This document shows, one piece after another, positions 1 through 9,893 of a DNA stretch of 64,000 bases (the first letter of the stretch is position 1; the number at the start of each line of letters is the position of its first letter). The notes below the pieces were generated by a model that did no database searches, was not told the DNA's origin, and saw only the letters and a program-made list of their open reading frames with translations. A program made the position numbers and the translations under genes. Source of the stretch: an uncultured Chloroflexia bacterium (GTDB lineage: Bacteria > Chloroflexota > Limnocylindria > Limnocylindrales > CSP1-4); assembly GCA_963779575.1 (NCBI GenBank), contig CAVZYT010000002.1:16654-80653 (forward strand), written 5' to 3'.

Positions 1-1560
1 GAAAGGCAGGTTGTCGAGGCCCTGCATCGCCGCCACGGTGTTGACGGCATCGGCCGAGATCGACTCGCCGGTGTCCGGGTCCCGCGCGAACGTCGCCAGG
101 ATCTCGGGCGCCCGCGCCCAGAAGCCCATGAAGAACGAGGGGCCTTCCACCCAGTCCAGCCCCCACCAGCTGGGGTCGAAGACGGGCGACCCGCGCGACC
201 CGATCGTGAAGTCCAGGACGTGCCCGAACTCGTGGAACAGGCCATCGACGTCGTTGAGGGAGAGCTGGACCGGCCGGCCGTCGCCGGGCCGATCGAACAT
301 CGTCACGAGCATCGTGACGCACGGGGGCTGGACGCCGTCCGCCGCCGGCCCGTCGGCCGCGATGAGATCCATGTACGCGTCCGTGCTCGCGGCCTTTCCT
401 TCCCGCGCGTACGGATCGAACAGGCACAGGCCGAGCTCCTCGCCGCTCGCCTCGTCGATCAGCGCGAGTGTGCGGACGTCCTCGTGCCACCCGAGTGACT
501 CCGGGCGTTCCTCGACCCGGATGCCGAACACCTCGCCAGCGAGATGGAACAGGGCGTCGAGCACACTCGACAGCGGCAGGAACCGCCGCAGGCTCTCGCG
601 ATCCACCCCGAGGCCGCGCCCGAGCGCGGCCATGGCGGCGAACTGGTCCCACGGCTGGAAGCCGTCGTCGCCGCGCTGATCGCCGAGTGCCGCGGCACAT
701 GCGGCGACGAAGGCCTGTGCCGCCGGTCGCGCCGGGCCGTCGAGCGCGTCGAGCGAGGCCGTCGCCGCTTCCACCGTGCGCATCGATGCCGTCGACGTCC
801 TGAGCTCTGCCCAGGACGCGAACCCGGCGAGCTGCGCGATCCGCCGACGCACGTCGAACAGCTCCCGCAGCGGCTCGCGGTTGGTCTCGGCCGACCGTTC
901 CCCGAGCAGCCACCAGTAGCGCTCGCGGACGTCACGCCGGCGGACGCCGGTCAACACGTCATCGCGCGTCGCAAACTCGACCCGAAGGCGTCGCGTCCCG
1001 GGCTCGGCGCCGGGCTCGAGCGTGTCGAGCAGCTGAACCGGCAGCCCATCAAGCTCTTCGAGCGTCAGCTCCATGACCGGCACCTCGGCCACAAAGCGCT
1101 CCGGGATCTCGACCGAGAGCTGCGTCGCCCGCTCCTGCGCGGCCTTCAGCTCGTCCCGCGCCGCCTCTTCGAGGTGGGCGCCGTTGATCCGGCCGTTGGC
1201 GCGCCACAGGTCGAGGTGACGTCGCTCCGGTGCCGATAACGAGGTGCCGTCCAGGCCGTCGAGCGCCGCGTACAGATCCTGCCGGGCGAACACGCTGGCC
1301 TGCCAGGCTTCGAAGCGCACCTGTGCGCTACCAGCCGCCTCGCGAATGGCCAGGTCCGGATGGACTTCCCGCAACGCGCCCGATCGACCGTAGGCAGCGA
1401 TCGAGTGGCGCGCCGCGCGCAGGAGGTGGCCCAGGACGGCCCCGACGTCGCCGGTTGCCGCAGTCGCGGTCGCCTCGTCGATAGCGGCGTCGGCGAGAGC
1501 GATGCTGTGCTCAAGTTCTGTCCCGAGGTCCGCCGGTTGCAGCCCGGCGTAGGTCTTCAT
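1..1560 (-). CDS. M3-family zinc metallopeptidase (oligopeptidase A / Dcp / thimet-like), 3' end beyond window
   Basis: Start ATG at 1558-1560 follows a GGAGAGAGC Shine-Dalgarno. Reverse-strand translation is [13 protein letters not shown]...[11 protein letters not shown]..., containing the M3 HEFGH zinc motif. The ORF track omits it because it runs off the window edge. Confidence 0.85.
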   Translation of the reverse strand, partial: MKTYAGLQPADLGTELEHSIALADAAIDEATATAATGDVGAVLGHLLRAARHSIAAYGRSGALREVHPDLAIREAAGSAQVRFEAWQASVFARQDLYAALDGLDGTSLSAPERRHLDLWRANGRINGAHLEEAARDELKAAQERATQLSVEIPERFVAEVPVMELTLEELDGLPVQLLDTLEPGAEPGTRRLRVEFATRDDVLTGVRRRDVRERYWWLLGERSAETNREPLRELFDVRRRIAQLAGFASWAELRTSTASMRTVEAATASLDALDGPARPAAQAFVAACAAALGDQRGDDGFQPWDQFAAMAALGRGLGVDRESLRRFLPLSSVLDALFHLAGEVFGIRVEERPESLGWHEDVRTLALIDEASGEELGLCLFDPYAREGKAASTDAYMDLIAADGPAADGVQPPCVTMLVTMFDRPGDGRPVQLSLNDVDGLFHEFGHVLDFTIGSRGSPVFDPSWWGLDWVEGPSFFMGFWARAPEILATFARDPDTGESISADAVNTVAAMQGLDNLPF

Positions 1561-1599
1561 CGTCAAGCTCTCTCCGACGCTCGTCCCCGGCCCCCTTGG

Positions 1600-3637
1600 C
1601 GCACCTGCAGCGTAGTCGGTTGAATTGTGGGGAGAGGGCGGGATCGGGCCTATCCGCGCTTCGCGAGCGACGCGAGCCACGCGTCGCGGTCGAGTGGGCT
1701 GGGCGTCGAGCGCGCGCGCCGAGGCGGGTCGCCGCCGATCGGCTGGTAGCCGCCGGGCGCGACTCTCGAGGATGCCCTCCCCCATCGACAGGCCGGGCAG
1801 CTGGTGCTGCAGCGAACGGACGCGCGCGACCGGCATCACGGCGCTCGCCTTGGACAGGCCGTTCGCCGAGAACTGGCCGGTCACCCGCCCGCCGAGCCGG
1901 CCGAGCGCGCCCGAGCACGCCCAGGTGCGGTCGAAGTCGGCATCTCGAGCGCGAGGTCTGCGAGCGGCTCGCAGACCCACGTCCCGGCGCGGTCCAAGCG
2001 CGGTCGTCAGCACGAGCTGGGTCAGGCGCCGGTAGTCGGCGGCCGATGTCGCCGGTGACATGTAGCCGCAGTCGGTCATCGTGACCCGGCAGTCGGTCAC
2101 CTGCCAGCCGGCCAGGCCCTCGGCGAGCGCCTCGGTGGACGTAGGCCTCCATCTGGGCGACGAACGTGTCGAGGGTCTTGAACAGGTAGAGCGGCACGAG
2201 GCGAGGCTCGACGTCGTGGCGAAACTCGATCCCGGACCCGACGGGCGCGGGCTCGATCCGGAGCGCGAGCGTGGCCAGGAACGGGTTCGTGCTCTCGGGC
2301 GAGCTCCGGCCGGTGATGTTCGAGTGCGTCTTCGACGCGGATGATCTCCTCGGCCTCGCCGACCGTCGCCGGGCGCTCGATGCACACGACGGTCGTCTCG
2401 CGGAAGTCGGCGGCGATGCCGTAGTCGCGCTCGAGCGTCGCCCCGATGACCTCCTTCTGGACCTCGCCGTAGAGGGAGACCGAGATCTCGTGACGGTGGT
2501 CGTCCTGGCGGACATCGATGAGCGGGTCCTGCTCGGCCAGCTGGGACAGGGCGGCGCGGAGGCTGCCGGCCTCGTCCGGCTGGAGCGGGAACACGACGGC
2601 CTCGAGCGCCGGGCGCGGGAAGCGCGCCGTCTCTTCCTGGCCCGGCGGCGGTTCTCCGATCGCGTCGCCGACCCGGACGGCACCGAGCCCGCGAATCGCC
2701 GCCATCTCCCCGGCCGCGAGAACGTCGCGCCGCGGTGCACCGGCCGGCGCGAACACCTTGATCGACGTCGGCTTCGCCTCCTCCCCTCCCCCGACGCGCA
2801 CGCGCTGGCGTGGCCGGAGCGTGCCCGCGAACAGGCGCACGTAGGCGACGCGCTCGCCCGCCGGCGTGCGCTCGATCTTGAACACGCGGCCGGAGACGTC
2901 GGCCTCCGGATCGCCGCGGGCGCCCGAGAGGAGCTCGTCGATGCCGGCCAGCAGCGCCTCGATCCCCTCCCCTCGCGCCGCCGAGCCGAAGTACACCGGG
3001 TGCACCCAGCCCTGCCGCGTCTGCGTCGGCGAGCTGCTCGCGCAGGCGCGCGTACGGGAGCCCTGCCTCGTCGCTCGACGAACGACCGCATGATCCCCTC
3101 GTCGTGCTCGGCGAGGACCTCCGCGAGCATCGTGCGGTGCTGCGCCTCGGACGTGATCAGCCGGCGGGCCCATCGGCAACGACGCCGGCCGACAGCCGCC
3201 GCGCCATCGCCTCGACGACGCGCTCGGGATCGGCCCCCGCCCGGTCGATCTTGTTGACGAAGAGGAGCGTCGGGACGTGGAGCCGCTGGAGCGCGCGGAA
3301 CAGGAGCGGCGTCTGGGGCTGGACGCCTTCGACCGCGGAGACGACGAGGACCGCGCCGTCGAGCACGCCGAGGACGCGCTCGACCTCCGCGATGAAGTCC
3401 GGGTGGCCCGGGCGTGTCGACGAGGTTGACCGCGAGATCGCCCACCAGGAACGAGGCGACCGCGGACCGGATCGTGATGCCGCGTTCGCGCTCGAGGTCG
3501 AGCGAGTCGGTCTGGGTGGTGCCGGCGTCGACGCTGCCGACGCGATCGATGGCGCCGGCGGTGAAGAGGAGTCGCTCGGTGAGGGTGGTCTTACCGGCGT
3601 CGACGTGCGCGAGGATGCCGAGATTGAGCGTGCGCAT
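1600..3637 (-). pseudogene. TetM/TetO/OtrA-family ribosomal protection GTPase, multiply frameshifted
   Basis: N-terminus [24 protein letters not shown]...NLVDTPG matches TetM almost residue-for-pattern. The DTPGHPDF motif is broken by one extra G in a GGG run near 3405. The protein then continues in a second frame (3157..3430, HPDFIAEV...NKID), a third (2097..3179, middle domains) and back in the first (about 1650..2100, [13 protein letters not shown]...), with further breaks in the C-terminal 150 aa. Confidence 0.75.
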
Positions 3638-3894
3638 GGGACCTCATGCCTTCCAAGGAGGTGCTGACCTTCTGGCTGGACACGGGTGCTCCCATGTGGC
3701 TCCTCACTCTCATGTTCGGTTCGGCGCGGCTGCGCACGATGAGGGTTGCACGCCGCGTCAAGTCCGCCGGCGCCCGGGGGCGAGTCGCGTGACGTCGGCC
3801 ATCGACGAGCCTTGACATGCATCCCGTAGTCTCGGGACATGACCGGGTCGCCGCGGCGCGAGCGAGGCACGGGAACGCGGGCTGATCGGAGCGA

Positions 3895-4832
3895 TCAGCA
3901 GCCCTTGTAGACGTAGCCCTTGTCGGACGGCGTCACGAGGTCGAGGTCGCGCAGCACGATCGACAGGTTCGGGTACGCCGCGCAGCCGGCGTGAAGTCGC
4001 GGCGGCGGTACTCGATCACCAGCACGTGGTCGCCGTAGGCGCTCGTGTAGGCGTCGCACTCGTTCCAGCGATCGCATTCCTCGGCGACGGCGAAGTCGGT
4101 GCCCATCTCGGCTCGCCGCCCGGTGATCTCGGCCGAGTTCTTCTGGGCGATCGGCAGCCCGACGGCGTGCGCGGCATCGGCGAACAGGCGCACCTGGGCC
4201 ACGGCGTCGTCCTCGGTGATGAGCCCGTGCGAGCGCGTGTACGTGTCGAGGTTGTCGATCTCGACGGCGTCGAAGCCGTCCGCCGCGCACTTGGCGATCC
4301 ACGCCCCGATGACCGCGGCGAGCGCCGGCGCGACGCTCTGGCGTGGTGGGGTCGAGCATGATCTCGTTCCAGTCGCGGTCGATGACGATCTTGCCGTCCT
4401 TGTCGCGCAGGATCAGATCGGGGTGGTTGGCCTTCCACCACTTCACGTCGTCGGGCTGGATCTGGAAGCCGTTGACGTAGCAGATGTTGTAGAGGCTGGG
4501 ATCGGGCGCCTCGGTGCGATCGCGCGAGACGACGGTGACGCCGGCCGGCGGCGGGTACGCGCCGCCGAGCTGGTAGTCGAAGCCGGCGTTCGGCGGCGGG
4601 AGTCGGAGGGCGGGGGCTGACGGCGAGGGCGAGGGCGCGACGATGGTGGGACTCGGGTCGGCTCCAGGACCGGCGGCAATGTCGGGCTGGATGGGACCAC
4701 GGACGGCTCGATCGAGGGCCGCAGCTGCGCCGATGGACTCGGGCTGGAAACTGCGCTGCACGCCGAGGACAGGATCGCGACCAGGGCGCCGACCGTAGCC
4801 AGCATCTCCCGGGACTTCGACCGCTCCGCCAT
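3895..4832 (-). pseudogene. GH114 (endo-alpha-1,4-polygalactosaminidase-like) lipoprotein, at least 3 frameshifts
   Basis: Signal/lipobox MAERSKSREMLATVGALVAILSSAC lies in one frame. The catalytic region YNICYVNGFQIQPDDVKWWKANHPDLILRDKDGKIVIDRDWNEIMLD lies in another. The C-terminus FADAAHAVGLPIAQKNSAEITG...DHVLVIEYRRRDFTPAA-CAAYPNLSIVL is split again, with a 1-nt deletion near 3965. Confidence 0.6.
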
Positions 4833-5129
4833 GAACGGAGTCTAGGCGTCACACCCTGGGTTCGTGAGACGCGGTCCGGCTTTCCTGCCACAACCGAAGG
4901 TGGCAACCGTTAACCAGCGCAAGGCACCCTACCGGTCGGCGAATGTCGATCCCTGGGCTGTCGTCCGGCGCTGTCCCCGCACGACACCGCACCAGATGAC
5001 CTCTCGAGCGGCTGAATCCGACGACGCCCGGCCCCGCCCGGGGGCAGCAATCCCGGCAAACGGTCAGCCTCTTCGGATCTGTCATGGACGCGGGGCTTGA
5101 GGTACGGAGAGCAGTGCGCAAACTCGCGC

Positions 5130-5165
5130 TTGACGCGGCCGACATACAACCGTATGGTTGTATCA
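5130..5165 (+). promoter_or_regulatory. Promoter plus palindromic ArsR operator for a leaderless arsR-SRPBCC-hydrolase operon
   Basis: TTGACG (5130-5135), a 17-nt spacer, then TATGGT (5153-5158). Perfect inverted repeat ATACAACC-gtat-GGTTGTAT at 5144-5163 ends 3 nt before the ATG at 5166. Confidence 0.55.
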
Positions 5166-5501
5166 ATGACCGCCACCTTCGAGGCCGACCACATCTTCTC
5201 CGCCCTGGCCGATGCCACCCGGCGTGACATCGTCCTGCGGGCGCTCAGCGGCAACGAAGGTGTCGCCGAGCTCGCCGGGCACTACCCCATGAGCTTCGCG
5301 GCCGTGCAGAAGCACGTCGCGGTGCTCGAGCGGGCGGGCCTGGTCACGAAGCAGCGCACCGGCCGCCGCAAGGTCGTGCGCACCAACATCGAGGCGCTGC
5401 GCCTGGCACGCGGCCTGCTCGACCAGTACGAGGCGCTGTGGCGCGGCCGCATCGACCGCATGACGGACCTCATCACGCGGAGCATGGAGATCGACGCATG
5501 A
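5166..5501 (+). CDS. ArsR/SmtB-family HTH transcriptional regulator
   Basis: MTATFEADHIFSALADATRRDIVLRAL... is a winged-helix ArsR signature. The stop overlaps the next start (ATGA). Confidence 0.85.
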   Translation: MTATFEADHIFSALADATRRDIVLRALSGNEGVAELAGHYPMSFAAVQKHVAVLERAGLVTKQRTGRRKVVRTNIEALRLARGLLDQYEALWRGRIDRMTDLITRSMEIDA

Positions 5502-6013
5502 CTGTCACCGCCGTCCGCAAGGACCCGGAAACCCTGACCTTGACCCTCACCGCCGAGTTCGAGGCGTCGCCCGAGCGCGTCTGGGACCTGTGGGCAGACC
5601 CGCGCCAGCTCGAGCGCTGGTGGGGACCGCCGTTCTGGCCCGCCACCTTCACGACCCACGACCTGGCGCCCGGCAGTCGTGTCGAGTACCACATGACCGG
5701 CCCCAGTGGCGATCAGCCGCACGGCTTCTGGGACATCGTCGAGTCGGAACCGCCGCGCCGGCTGGTCTTCCTCGACGGCTTCGCCCACGAGGACGGAACG
5801 CCGGACGACACCTTCCCGCGCAACGAGGGACGGGTGACGATCGAGCCGATCGATACCGGCCGCACCCGGATGTCGATCGAGAGCCACTTCCCGAGCACCG
5901 AGGCGATGCAGCAGGTCCTGGCGATGGGCATGGAAGAGGGCCTGACACAGGCGGTCGGCCAGATCGACGCCATCCTCGCCGAGGACGCAGTCACGACAGG
6001 AGACGCACGATGA
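5498..6013 (+). CDS. SRPBCC / AHSA1-domain protein
   Basis: MTVTAVRKDPETLTLTLTAEFEASPERVWDLWADPRQLERWWGPP is an Aha1/SRPBCC-like fold. It is the classic ArsR partner and is translationally coupled at both ends. Confidence 0.8.
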   Translation: MTVTAVRKDPETLTLTLTAEFEASPERVWDLWADPRQLERWWGPPFWPATFTTHDLAPGSRVEYHMTGPSGDQPHGFWDIVESEPPRRLVFLDGFAHEDGTPDDTFPRNEGRVTIEPIDTGRTRMSIESHFPSTEAMQQVLAMGMEEGLTQAVGQIDAILAEDAVTTGDAR

Positions 6014-6891
6014 CCACGATGGCCGAGCAGACGACCCTGACCCTGGACGCGCCCGGTGCCGTCGTGACGTACGACGTCCGCGGCGCCGACTCGGACGTGA
6101 CCGCGCCCGTGCTGCTCCTGATCGGCTCCCCGATGGGCGCCAGCGGGTTCGGCACGCTCGCCGGTCACTTCCCGGATCGCACGATCGTGACCTATGACCC
6201 GCGCGGGGTCGAGCGCAGCACCAAGGCCGATCCGTTGAGCCCGTCCACGCCGCAGGAGCACGCCGACGACCTGTCACGGGTCATCGCCGAGCTCGGCACC
6301 AACCCGGTCGACATCTTCGCCAGCAGCGGTGGCGCGGTGAACGCGCTCGCCCTCGTGGCGGCGCACCCGGAGCAGGTCCGGACGCTGGTCGCGCACGAGC
6401 CGCCGCTCGCGTCCGTCCTGCCCGATCGCGAGGGCGCTCTGGCGGCGTGCCAGGCGGTCCACGACGCGTACGAGCGCAGCGGGTCCGGTGCCGGCATGGC
6501 CCTGTTCATCGCCGCCGTGAGCCACCAGGGACCGTTCGGCCCCGACTATGCCGACCGGCCGGCGCCGGATCCCGCGATGTTCGGGATGCCCACCGAGGAC
6601 GACGGCAACCGCACCGACCCGTTGCTGGGCCAGAACATCGTCTCGTGCACGAGCTACGAGCCGGACTTCGAGGCGCTTCGCGCGGCCCCGACCCGCATCG
6701 TCCTGGGCGCCGGGGCGGAGTCCAAGGGCCAGATGGCCAACCGCGGCGCGCTCGCCGTGGCCGAGCGACTCGGCACTGAGGCCGTGATCTTCCCGAGCGA
6801 CCACGGCGGTTTCCTGGGCGGCGAGTACGGCCAGAAGGGCGACCCCGACAACTTCGCCGCCAAACTGCGGGAGGTCCTCGACGGGGCCTGA
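6010..6891 (+). CDS. Alpha/beta hydrolase
   Basis: MTTMAEQTTLTLDAPGAVVTYDVRG...LLIGSPMGASGF...; ATGA overlap with the upstream gene. Confidence 0.75.
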   Translation: MTTMAEQTTLTLDAPGAVVTYDVRGADSDVTAPVLLLIGSPMGASGFGTLAGHFPDRTIVTYDPRGVERSTKADPLSPSTPQEHADDLSRVIAELGTNPVDIFASSGGAVNALALVAAHPEQVRTLVAHEPPLASVLPDREGALAACQAVHDAYERSGSGAGMALFIAAVSHQGPFGPDYADRPAPDPAMFGMPTEDDGNRTDPLLGQNIVSCTSYEPDFEALRAAPTRIVLGAGAESKGQMANRGALAVAERLGTEAVIFPSDHGGFLGGEYGQKGDPDNFAAKLREVLDGA

Positions 6892-6930
6892 CCTCACGTT
6901 CATCGCCCATCGCCAATAGCCTGCCACCCG

Positions 6931-6959
6931 CGCCGGAGGAGATCCGTTCTCCTCCGGCG
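6931..6959. terminator. Bidirectional stem-loop terminator between convergent genes
   Basis: Perfect 12-bp stem CGCCGGAGGAGA / TCTCCTCCGGCG with a 5-nt loop and no U-tract, which is typical of high-GC actinobacteria. Confidence 0.5.
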
Positions 6960-6978
6960 CATCCGTCTGTGTCCAGCC

Positions 6979-8094
6979 CTAGTACTCGTTCTGGTGGGTC
7001 TCCGCCAGCGAGCCGAGCGCCGCGGAGTCAAGGGCATCGTTGGGCACGCTGGCCACGCGGCCGGGCGTCCGGGCCCACAGGGTCGCCGTTCGGGTGCCAT
7101 TCGACATCCCTGCCAGCTCGCCGACCACCGCGCCCGGGCCGATCTCGGCGACCTGGGTATCGTCGACCTCGACCACGAAGATCCCGTCGAGGATGAGGAA
7201 TACGTCCGTGCCGGGATCGCCCTGGCGGACCAGGTTCTCGCCCTCCTTGACCTTCCGGATCTTGGGCTTGGCGCCGCCGCGCATGATCGCGTTCGACAGC
7301 GATCGCTCGAGCGACGACTCGACGGCAGCCGTGACGGCCGGCGAATCCTGCGTGCCCCATGGGGTCCGATCGCCGTACGAGTTGTTGAACCACTTCCCGA
7401 AGTCGATGGCGCCGGACTTCTCCACGAGCCGCCCAACGTTGTCGTAGATCCAGTGGCGTGGGAACGGGCTGGCTCCGACGAGCTCGTGGCTGGAACTGCC
7501 ATCGGTGTTGATCGTCAGGGCGAGTGTCGTCCACGCGATCGATGGCCAGAACTGCACGAACGGCGGGTGTGGCACGGGCCGGGGCGTCGGGAGGCCCATC
7601 CGGCCGCCGATGGTCTGGACGAAGCGAACGGACGACTCGCCGACCTCGGGCTCGGACTGGATGTCGGGCAGCTGGACCGCGGGAAAGCGCATGGCCGCCG
7701 GCCCGACTCGCACGGTCGTCGCGCCGATGTGGCCCTGGCCGAGGTGGCCGGAGCCCACGATGCGGCCGTCCTCGACCTCGATGAACGCACGCAGCTCGTT
7801 CGCCTCGCGGAACCGGTCGCTCGTCCGGAGCTGCTCGAGGCTCTCGAGGTGGTCGGGCGGCGGGTCGTCGTAGTGGGTGACGCCGAGCTCGAACGGGATC
7901 TTCGACGGCCCGCTGATGGCCTCGGACGGGATCCACGAGACCGCCGTGACGGACGACTCGTAGCGCTGCACTGCCACTGGATCTACCTCGTGCGTGAAAT
8001 CGGCCGATCGGAGCCCGGCGGCTTGATGATTATCAACGTCTCCCGTCGCAGGCGACGGCCGCACAGGCGGCACGCTCAGCGACGTCGCCGCCAT
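6979..8094 (-). CDS. Protein with an unrecognised ~270-aa N-terminal domain fused to a C-terminal cyclic-nucleotide-binding (Crp-like) domain
   Basis: C-terminus RKVKEGENLVRQGDPGTDVFLILDGIFVVEVDD...IGPGAVVGELAG is a cNMP-binding fold. The N-terminal region matches nothing I recognise. Start taken at MAATSL. Confidence 0.65.
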   Translation of the reverse strand: MAATSLSVPPVRPSPATGDVDNHQAAGLRSADFTHEVDPVAVQRYESSVTAVSWIPSEAISGPSKIPFELGVTHYDDPPPDHLESLEQLRTSDRFREANELRAFIEVEDGRIVGSGHLGQGHIGATTVRVGPAAMRFPAVQLPDIQSEPEVGESSVRFVQTIGGRMGLPTPRPVPHPPFVQFWPSIAWTTLALTINTDGSSSHELVGASPFPRHWIYDNVGRLVEKSGAIDFGKWFNNSYGDRTPWGTQDSPAVTAAVESSLERSLSNAIMRGGAKPKIRKVKEGENLVRQGDPGTDVFLILDGIFVVEVDDTQVAEIGPGAVVGELAGMSNGTRTATLWARTPGRVASVPNDALDSAALGSLAETHQNEY

Positions 8095-8143
8095 CACGTA
8101 GCGGCTCGCCGCCTGGCGGCCGGCCTGACGATAGGCTTCTCCG

Positions 8144-8818
8144 ATGACGAACGCGGTTCGGGTGATTCTCGAAGTCGGCAGAAAGCGGCGGGTCGTGGCT
8201 GGTGCCATGGACTGGCCGGGCCTGGACCGCTGGGGCACGTCCGACGAGGACGCGATCGAGAAGCTGCTCGCCTATGTCCCGCGGTATGCGGCGGTCGCCG
8301 AGCGGGCGGGCATGGCGAGCGAGTTCGATGCGGCGCGCGACGTCGATGTGGTCGAACGCGTGCCGGGGTCGAGCTCGACCGACTTCTGGGGGATCGCCCA
8401 TGTCCCATCACGCATCGAGGCCCAGATCCTCTCCCCCACTGACCTCGAGCGCCGGCTGGACCTCCTGCGCGCCTGCTGGGCCCAGTTCGATGTCGTGGCC
8501 GAACGCGTCTCACGCGAGCTGCGGCCGGGCTCACGCAGCGGTGGGCGCAGTCGTGAGCAGATCGTCCGCCACGTGTACGGCACGGAGCCCGGCCAGCTCT
8601 CGCGCAAGGTCGAGGTCCGGACCCCGCTCGAGGTCGTCCTCACCCCCGACGGCCTCGCGAGCCATCGGCTGGCCTACCTCGACGCCATCCGGGCGTACAA
8701 CGCCGAAGGCAAACCGGCCAGGACGTGGCCGATCCAGTTCCTGATCCGACGAACGGGCCACCACGTGATGGACCACGCCTGGGAGCTCGAGGATCGGGAC
8801 CTCACCCCGGCTGAGTGA
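8144..8818 (+). CDS. Hypothetical protein (possibly DinB-like)
   Basis: Balanced composition and good codon bias; C-terminal HHVMDHAWELEDRDL; no firm family assignment. Confidence 0.45.
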   Translation: MTNAVRVILEVGRKRRVVAGAMDWPGLDRWGTSDEDAIEKLLAYVPRYAAVAERAGMASEFDAARDVDVVERVPGSSSTDFWGIAHVPSRIEAQILSPTDLERRLDLLRACWAQFDVVAERVSRELRPGSRSGGRSREQIVRHVYGTEPGQLSRKVEVRTPLEVVLTPDGLASHRLAYLDAIRAYNAEGKPARTWPIQFLIRRTGHHVMDHAWELEDRDLTPAE

Positions 8819-9466
8819 TCAGGCGGGCGCGTCGGACGGCGGCGCGTAGAACGCGGTCGTGTTCGCGACGGCTGTCGCCGCGGCCTCAGGATCCGCCCCT
8901 GCGGCTACGTTCGCGGCGCCCCACGCCTCGCTGCAGCGGGCCGAGAACTCGCGTCCCTCGTCGGACAGCTGCCAGGCCACCGGATCCGCCAGCGACCCGC
9001 CATGCAGGTGGAACGACAGCCCGAGCAGGCCGCCCTCCCAGCCGACGCCGACGGCGCCCGGCCCGAATTGGTCCCACATCTCGTCGGGGACGACAGCCGT
9101 GTGCTCGAGCTCGAACATCGTCGAATCGTCGCCGACGGGCGAGAGCCTGAGCTCTAGCTCGGATCCGTCGGCACCGTCCATCTCGCCGAAGCCCCAGCTC
9201 ACCCGCAGCCGGTTCGGCCGCTCGCAGGCGAGAATCGTGCCGCCGGCGTTGCCCTCGAACTGGAAGCGCCCGCCGATGCCGTACTCGCCGCTGACCGGGA
9301 GGAACCAGCGGCCGATCCGTTCGGGGTCCGTCAGCGCGTCCCAGACGTCGTCGATCGGCGCGTCGTAGGTGCGGCGCAGCGTGATCCGGTGCCCTTCGCC
9401 GACCGCGATCCGGCCGCTGCCGACCTCACGCTGGACGGCGTTGATCTCACGGGCGATGTCAATCAT
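8819..9466 (-). CDS. SRPBCC / AHSA1-domain protein
   Basis: MIDIAREINAVQREVGSGRIAVGEGHRITLRRTYDAPIDDVWDALTDPERIGRWF... The ATG overlaps the upstream ArsR stop (ATGA). Confidence 0.8.
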   Translation of the reverse strand: MIDIAREINAVQREVGSGRIAVGEGHRITLRRTYDAPIDDVWDALTDPERIGRWFLPVSGEYGIGGRFQFEGNAGGTILACERPNRLRVSWGFGEMDGADGSELELRLSPVGDDSTMFELEHTAVVPDEMWDQFGPGAVGVGWEGGLLGLSFHLHGGSLADPVAWQLSDEGREFSARCSEAWGAANVAAGADPEAAATAVANTTAFYAPPSDAPA

Positions 9467-9834
9467 CGATTGCGGTCCTCCTTGGAAGGGGCGGTCGTCG
9501 CTGCGGCGAGGCGGCGATCCCGCTTGCCACGGGCGAGCTCGGTGGCGAGCGAGTCGAGGCGCTGTTCCCAGAAGCGGCGAAACTGGTCGAGCCACGCATC
9601 GACGTCGCGGAGTGGCGTGGGCTCGACGGCGTAGAGCCGCCGGGCGCCGTCGGGCCGGACCGTCGCGAAGCCGCTGTCGCGAAGCACCTTGAGATGCTGC
9701 GATACGGCCGGCTGGGAGATCCCGAACTCGGCCTGGACGATCTCGCTGATCGCCCCCGAAGGCTGCTCCCCTTCGGCGAGGAGCTCGAGGATCCGTCGCC
9801 GGACGGGGTCGCCGAGGACATCGAACGCGTGCAC
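9463..9834 (-). CDS. ArsR/SmtB-family transcriptional regulator
   Basis: (V)HAFDVLGDPVRRRILELLAEGEQPSGAISEIVQAEFGISQPAVSQHLKVL. I take a GTG start at 9834 rather than the track's TTG at 9870 because the promoter analysis favours a leaderless transcript. Confidence 0.8.
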   Translation of the reverse strand: MHAFDVLGDPVRRRILELLAEGEQPSGAISEIVQAEFGISQPAVSQHLKVLRDSGFATVRPDGARRLYAVEPTPLRDVDAWLDQFRRFWEQRLDSLATELARGKRDRRLAAATTAPSKEDRNR

Positions 9835-9870
9835 GAACGCATCGTAGAAGATCGGACTTATATAAGTCAA
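9835..9870 (-). promoter_or_regulatory. Promoter with palindromic ArsR operator
   Basis: On the minus strand: TTGACT, an 18-nt spacer containing the perfect palindrome ACTTATATAAGT (9856-9867), then TACGAT, then the GTG start 6 nt downstream. This is an AT island in 72% GC DNA. Confidence 0.5.
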
Positions 9871-9893
9871 CGCTTAGTGTGGTCGACCTGCCG

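Noticed and set aside
468-1239. Long plus-strand ORFs (for example 544..1239 and 468..803) overlapping the M3 peptidase gene
   Set aside because: They are Arg/Pro/Gly-rich, antisense to a clearly conserved gene, and typical of GC-rich frame artefacts. The same applies to most track ORFs not listed as features, such as 4016..4906, 6274..6927, 24916..25596 and 28047..29414.
3591-3818. Possible tetM-type leader peptide or attenuator upstream of the ribosomal-protection gene
   Set aside because: The upstream ORF is 75 aa, overlaps the GTPase N-terminus out of frame and has no short-peptide-plus-terminator structure. Treated as an artefact.
4885-4905. CAACCGTTAACC resembling a half-site of the ArsR operator, in the GH114-arsR divergent spacer
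   Set aside because: Not palindromic and only a 7-nt match. Probably chance.
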